A stretch of 64,000 nucleotides of DNA. Source: Candidatus Competibacteraceae bacterium (GTDB lineage: Bacteria > Bacteroidota > Bacteroidia > CAIKAF01). The notes under the pieces were generated by a model. That model saw only the letters and a program-made list of their open reading frames with translations, was not told the DNA's origin and did not search any database. The position numbers were made by a program, and so were the translations under genes. Shown piece by piece: positions 60,664 through 64,000 of this stretch (its first letter is position 1; every line of letters starts with the position of its first letter). The stretch covers positions 64,706 through 128,705 of the forward strand of contig JACSSC010000018.1 in the NCBI GenBank assembly GCA_014879445.1. Reading direction: 5' to 3'.

Positions 60664-63456
60664 ATGAAGCCATTATCATTTACCATCAACGGGAAGAAAT
60701 ATACTGTACTTGCCGAAGAAACCGAAACCCTCTCTTCTGTAATACGAAATAAAGCCGGTCTTACAGGCACAAAAGAGGGATGCAATCAGGGAAGCTGTGG
60801 CGCATGTACTGTGCTTGTCAATAATACACCCGTGCTAAGTTGTATTACTCCGGCATCTCGATTTGAGAATGCCGAAATCACGACTATCGAAGGGATAGAG
60901 CACAATGGCAATCTGCATCTGCTTCAAACGCTTTTTGTAAAACGTGGCGCCATACAGTGTGGATTCTGTACGCCAGGTATGGTACTCACAGCACTTGATT
61001 ATACCCAAAACAATCCTGATGCGTCTCGTGATGATATCAAAGAGGCCTTATCAGGAAATCTTTGTCGCTGTACAGGATATAAAAAAATTATAGATGCGGT
61101 GGCTGAATATGCTACGATGACAAAAAATGGGGAATCAACAGTTGCCGACAATTTTGATAATGGAAAAATTATTGGCGTATCAAGACCATATATCGAAGCA
61201 GAAAAGAAAGTGCGTGGCACAGCGGAATATGCCGACGATATCAAGCTAAAAAATCCGTTGATTTGTCGTTTCGTTCGAAGCACTCATCCTCATGCTCGTA
61301 TTGATGCTATTGAATTGGAGGAAGCTTGGAAAGTGGAAGGTGTAAAATATATTGCAACAGGACAAGAATTGCCCGGCAAATTTGGGGTGCTACCCGTATC
61401 TAACGACGAAACGGCTATGGCTATTGAGAAAACTCGTTATCTTGGCGAAATTGTGGCCGCTGTAGCTGCCGAAACAGAAGAGGCCGCCTTGGAGGCATGT
61501 CGCAAAATTAAGGTAACATACACACCCCTTAAATCCTACTTTACGATTGATAGCTCCTTGCAAGATGTTGGTGATGATGAAAAAATTCATGCGCATTGCA
61601 AGTTCAACAACAACATTCATAAAAAAGCAGAATTGCGTTTCGGAAATCAGGAAGAGGGTTTGCAGAAAGCAGCTCATGTGTCTGAAATGGAGTTTGAGTT
61701 TGAAGGTGTTTCTCATGCATTTACTGAACCGCATGCCGCTTCTGCTTATTGGGACGAAAATGGATTGACGATTATTACAGCTACTCAAGTGCCACATTAT
61801 TTGCATCGTGCGCTGGCTAAGGTGCTTGGTGTTCCGCTGGCCCAAGTGAGGGTAATCAAACCTTATGTAGGAGGTGGGTTTGGTGGAAAAAGCGATCCGT
61901 TTCCGCATGAGGTAATTATTGCGCATATAGCTAGAAAAACGGGACGAACAGTGAAAACAACATTCTCTAGAGAAGAGGTGTTTTTAAGCAATCATGGCCG
62001 CCATCCTTCTAAAATGAAAATTCGTCTTGGTGCAAACGAACAAGGCAAATTTGAAGTGCTTGATGCCGATATTGCCATTGATGGCGGAGCTTATGGCAGT
62101 TTTGGCGTAGTAACATCATACTATAATGGTGTATTGCTTCAGGCACCTTATGACATTCGCAATTTTGGATTTCGTACATTTAGGGTTTATACCAATAAAC
62201 CCCAATGTGGCGCCATGCGTGGACATGGAGCTGTTAATTCAAGGTTTGCTGTTGAAACACTGATTGACGATTTGGCCCACCGACTCAAAGTTGACCCTTG
62301 CGAGTTGCGATTAAAAAATTTTTATAACGAAAATGTGCTTACTGTTGGCGAATTTCGTATCACCTCTAATGGTAGTCGATTGGCGTTGGAATCGGTGATG
62401 AAATCCTCATCGTGGAAAGACAAATATGGAAAAATGCCAGAAGGAAAAGGTATAGGCGTGGGATGTGGCTTCTTTATCAGTGGTAGTGCTTTGCCAATTA
62501 TTTGGAATGAATATCCCCAAACCGTTGTGCATCTCAAACTCGATTTCGATGGGCGTGTGCTTGTCTCTTCTGGCGCTAGTGATATTGGACAGGGTAGTGA
62601 TACCATGCTAGCTATGGTAGTTGCTGAAACACTTGGTATCGGCATGGATCAGGTTTTTGTTCTGGCGGCCGATACACTGCTCACGCCTGTAGATTTGGGA
62701 AGCTATTCCAGCCGTGTTACTTTTATGTGTGGCAATGCAGCAAAATCTGCAGCCGATAATCTGAAAAAAGAAATACTTACTGCCGTTTCCCTTCGTCATC
62801 ATATCCCGATTGAAGAACTCTATATTTCGCAAAGCATGGTTTGCAGCAATGATGCATCGCTACAGCTCGATTGGCTCGCTGCCGTTGATATGGCAACGGC
62901 TCATAGAGGAGCACTGACGGTTAGCGGAAATTATATTTCTCCAAAATTGGGAGGTGATTTCAAAGGGGCAGGTGCGGGTCTTAGCCCTTCTTATAGCTTT
63001 GGCGCTTGTATTGCCGAAGTGTGCGTTGATAAACAAACCGGGAAAGTGGAAATTTTAAATGTTTGGGGGGCCCATGATTGTGGCAAAGCGCTTAACCCTA
63101 TGGCGGTCGAAGGTCAATTAGAAGGATCGTGGCACATGGGCTTAGGTCAGGCCATCAGCGAAGAAATGAAATATTTCAACGGGTTACTGCTGAATAATAA
63201 TTTTATTGACTATAAAATCCCCACTTCGCTTGATACGCCAGAGTTCCACACACACATTATTGAAACAGGCGACCCAGAAGGGCCGTTCGGCGCTAAAGAG
63301 TGTGGCGAAGGGGCTCTTCATCCTGTTATTCCCGCCGTTATCAATGCAATTTATAACGCCACGGGCGTGCGAATCACAAAACTTCCCGTAAAAGCAGAGG
63401 ATATTCTTGAAAAAATTAAAGCAGGTACTAATCATGACTACGTTGAGCACAAGTAA
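60664..63456 (+). CDS. xanthine-oxidase-family molybdopterin subunit fused to an N-terminal 2x[2Fe-2S] domain; 4-hydroxybenzoyl-CoA reductase alpha+gamma-like
   Basis: GCNQGSCGAC, QCGFC and NLCRCTGY; then GGGFGGK, GAMRGHG, DIGQGS, GSYSSRVTFM, GPFGAKE. Confidence 0.8.
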   Translation: MKPLSFTINGKKYTVLAEETETLSSVIRNKAGLTGTKEGCNQGSCGACTVLVNNTPVLSCITPASRFENAEITTIEGIEHNGNLHLLQTLFVKRGAIQCGFCTPGMVLTALDYTQNNPDASRDDIKEALSGNLCRCTGYKKIIDAVAEYATMTKNGESTVADNFDNGKIIGVSRPYIEAEKKVRGTAEYADDIKLKNPLICRFVRSTHPHARIDAIELEEAWKVEGVKYIATGQELPGKFGVLPVSNDETAMAIEKTRYLGEIVAAVAAETEEAALEACRKIKVTYTPLKSYFTIDSSLQDVGDDEKIHAHCKFNNNIHKKAELRFGNQEEGLQKAAHVSEMEFEFEGVSHAFTEPHAASAYWDENGLTIITATQVPHYLHRALAKVLGVPLAQVRVIKPYVGGGFGGKSDPFPHEVIIAHIARKTGRTVKTTFSREEVFLSNHGRHPSKMKIRLGANEQGKFEVLDADIAIDGGAYGSFGVVTSYYNGVLLQAPYDIRNFGFRTFRVYTNKPQCGAMRGHGAVNSRFAVETLIDDLAHRLKVDPCELRLKNFYNENVLTVGEFRITSNGSRLALESVMKSSSWKDKYGKMPEGKGIGVGCGFFISGSALPIIWNEYPQTVVHLKLDFDGRVLVSSGASDIGQGSDTMLAMVVAETLGIGMDQVFVLAADTLLTPVDLGSYSSRVTFMCGNAAKSAADNLKKEILTAVSLRHHIPIEELYISQSMVCSNDASLQLDWLAAVDMATAHRGALTVSGNYISPKLGGDFKGAGAGLSPSYSFGACIAEVCVDKQTGKVEILNVWGAHDCGKALNPMAVEGQLEGSWHMGLGQAISEEMKYFNGLLLNNNFIDYKIPTSLDTPEFHTHIIETGDPEGPFGAKECGEGALHPVIPAVINAIYNATGVRITKLPVKAEDILEKIKAGTNHDYVEHK

Positions 63457-64000
63457 ATATTTCAAAGCACACTCCGTGCAGGATGCCATCGCATTAGCCA
63501 AAGCACATACCAATTTTATTTTTTTGGCTGGCGGAACTGATGCCATGGTAAATAAACAACAGGGAACGCTTGAGGCCAATACACTCATTGATATTTCTGA
63601 TATCAACGAGTTGAACCAAATAACTTCAAACGATGAACAACTTATTGTTGGAAGCATGAATACTTTGCACCAAATTGCTTCTCATCATATTGTTGCAACT
63701 CGCTTTCCTGCACTTCGCGAAGCAGCCCTCTCTGTCGCCACTCCCGTTATCAGACGCTCTGCAACCATCGGGGGTAATTTGCTTTGCGAAAACAGATGTT
63801 CGTTTTATAACCAAAGCGAATGGTGGCGCGAAGCAGTTGGTTATTGCCTCAAATGCAATGGCGATATTTGTATTGCTACGGGTGGAAAGAAAAACTGCTT
63901 TTCTCGTTTTGTGAGCGATACGGCACCCGTTCTTATTGCACTACAGGCGTCTGCTACTATCTCCGATGGAAATACATCCAAACAAATTCTACTCGAAAAT
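63434..64000 (+). CDS. FAD-binding subunit with [4Fe-4S] insert, HcrB-like; 3'-truncated by the window edge
   Basis: Hand translation, open for 189 codons: AGGTD, ATIGGNL, then RCSFYNQSEWWREAVGYCLKCNGDICIATGGKKNC. Overlaps the upstream gene by 23 nt. Not in the ORF track. Confidence 0.85.
   Translation, partial: MTTLSTSKYFKAHSVQDAIALAKAHTNFIFLAGGTDAMVNKQQGTLEANTLIDISDINELNQITSNDEQLIVGSMNTLHQIASHHIVATRFPALREAALSVATPVIRRSATIGGNLLCENRCSFYNQSEWWREAVGYCLKCNGDICIATGGKKNCFSRFVSDTAPVLIALQASATISDGNTSKQILLEN

Noticed and set aside
60664-63456. Aerobic CO dehydrogenase (CoxL), xanthine dehydrogenase or PaoC call
   Set aside because: The active-site loop is AMRGHG, not AYxCSFR or AYRGAGR, and the partner FAD subunit has the HcrB-type insert rather than the shorter PaoB Cys spacing.
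63184-63914. ORF-track entries at 63184-63657 (-), 63626-63814 (-) and 63675-63914 (+)
   Set aside because: They are shadows of the real FAD-subunit frame starting at 63434, which the track missed because it has no stop inside the window.

Overview
64 kb of AT-rich, gene-dense chromosome from a Bacteroidota bacterium. The assignment rests on many TAnnTTTG (-7) promoter matches, T9SS sorting domains, PorP/SprF, PorW/SprE, an IPExxxVDY gene and a fused ccoNO. Housekeeping genes include tadA-like, dcd, pyk, ssb, uvrB, mutS, recQ, a phosphosugar mutase and a PGI/PMI. There is a cbb3 oxidase operon (ccoS-NO-Q-P-G-H-DsbD_2; ccoS and ccoQ are absent from the ORF track and were translated by hand) and a partial menaquinone cluster (menF-D-B-A). 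Four peptidases, five type-A T9SS cargo genes and a giant Gly/Cys-rich type-B cargo with its own PorP and PorE-like partners are present. The right edge starts a cluster resembling 4-hydroxybenzoyl-CoA reductase: a fused 2Fe-2S/molybdopterin subunit plus a FAD subunit with the HcrB-type 4-Cys insert. No rRNA, tRNA, CRISPR array, integrase or transposase was recognised. The two best leads are (1) an uncharacterised wHTH-like plus TPR-like cytoplasmic protein divergent from a small acidic T9SS cargo, a candidate RRNPP-like peptide-sensing module, and (2) the Hcr-like anaerobic aromatic catabolism genes. All family calls come from motif recognition by eye; no database searches were run.
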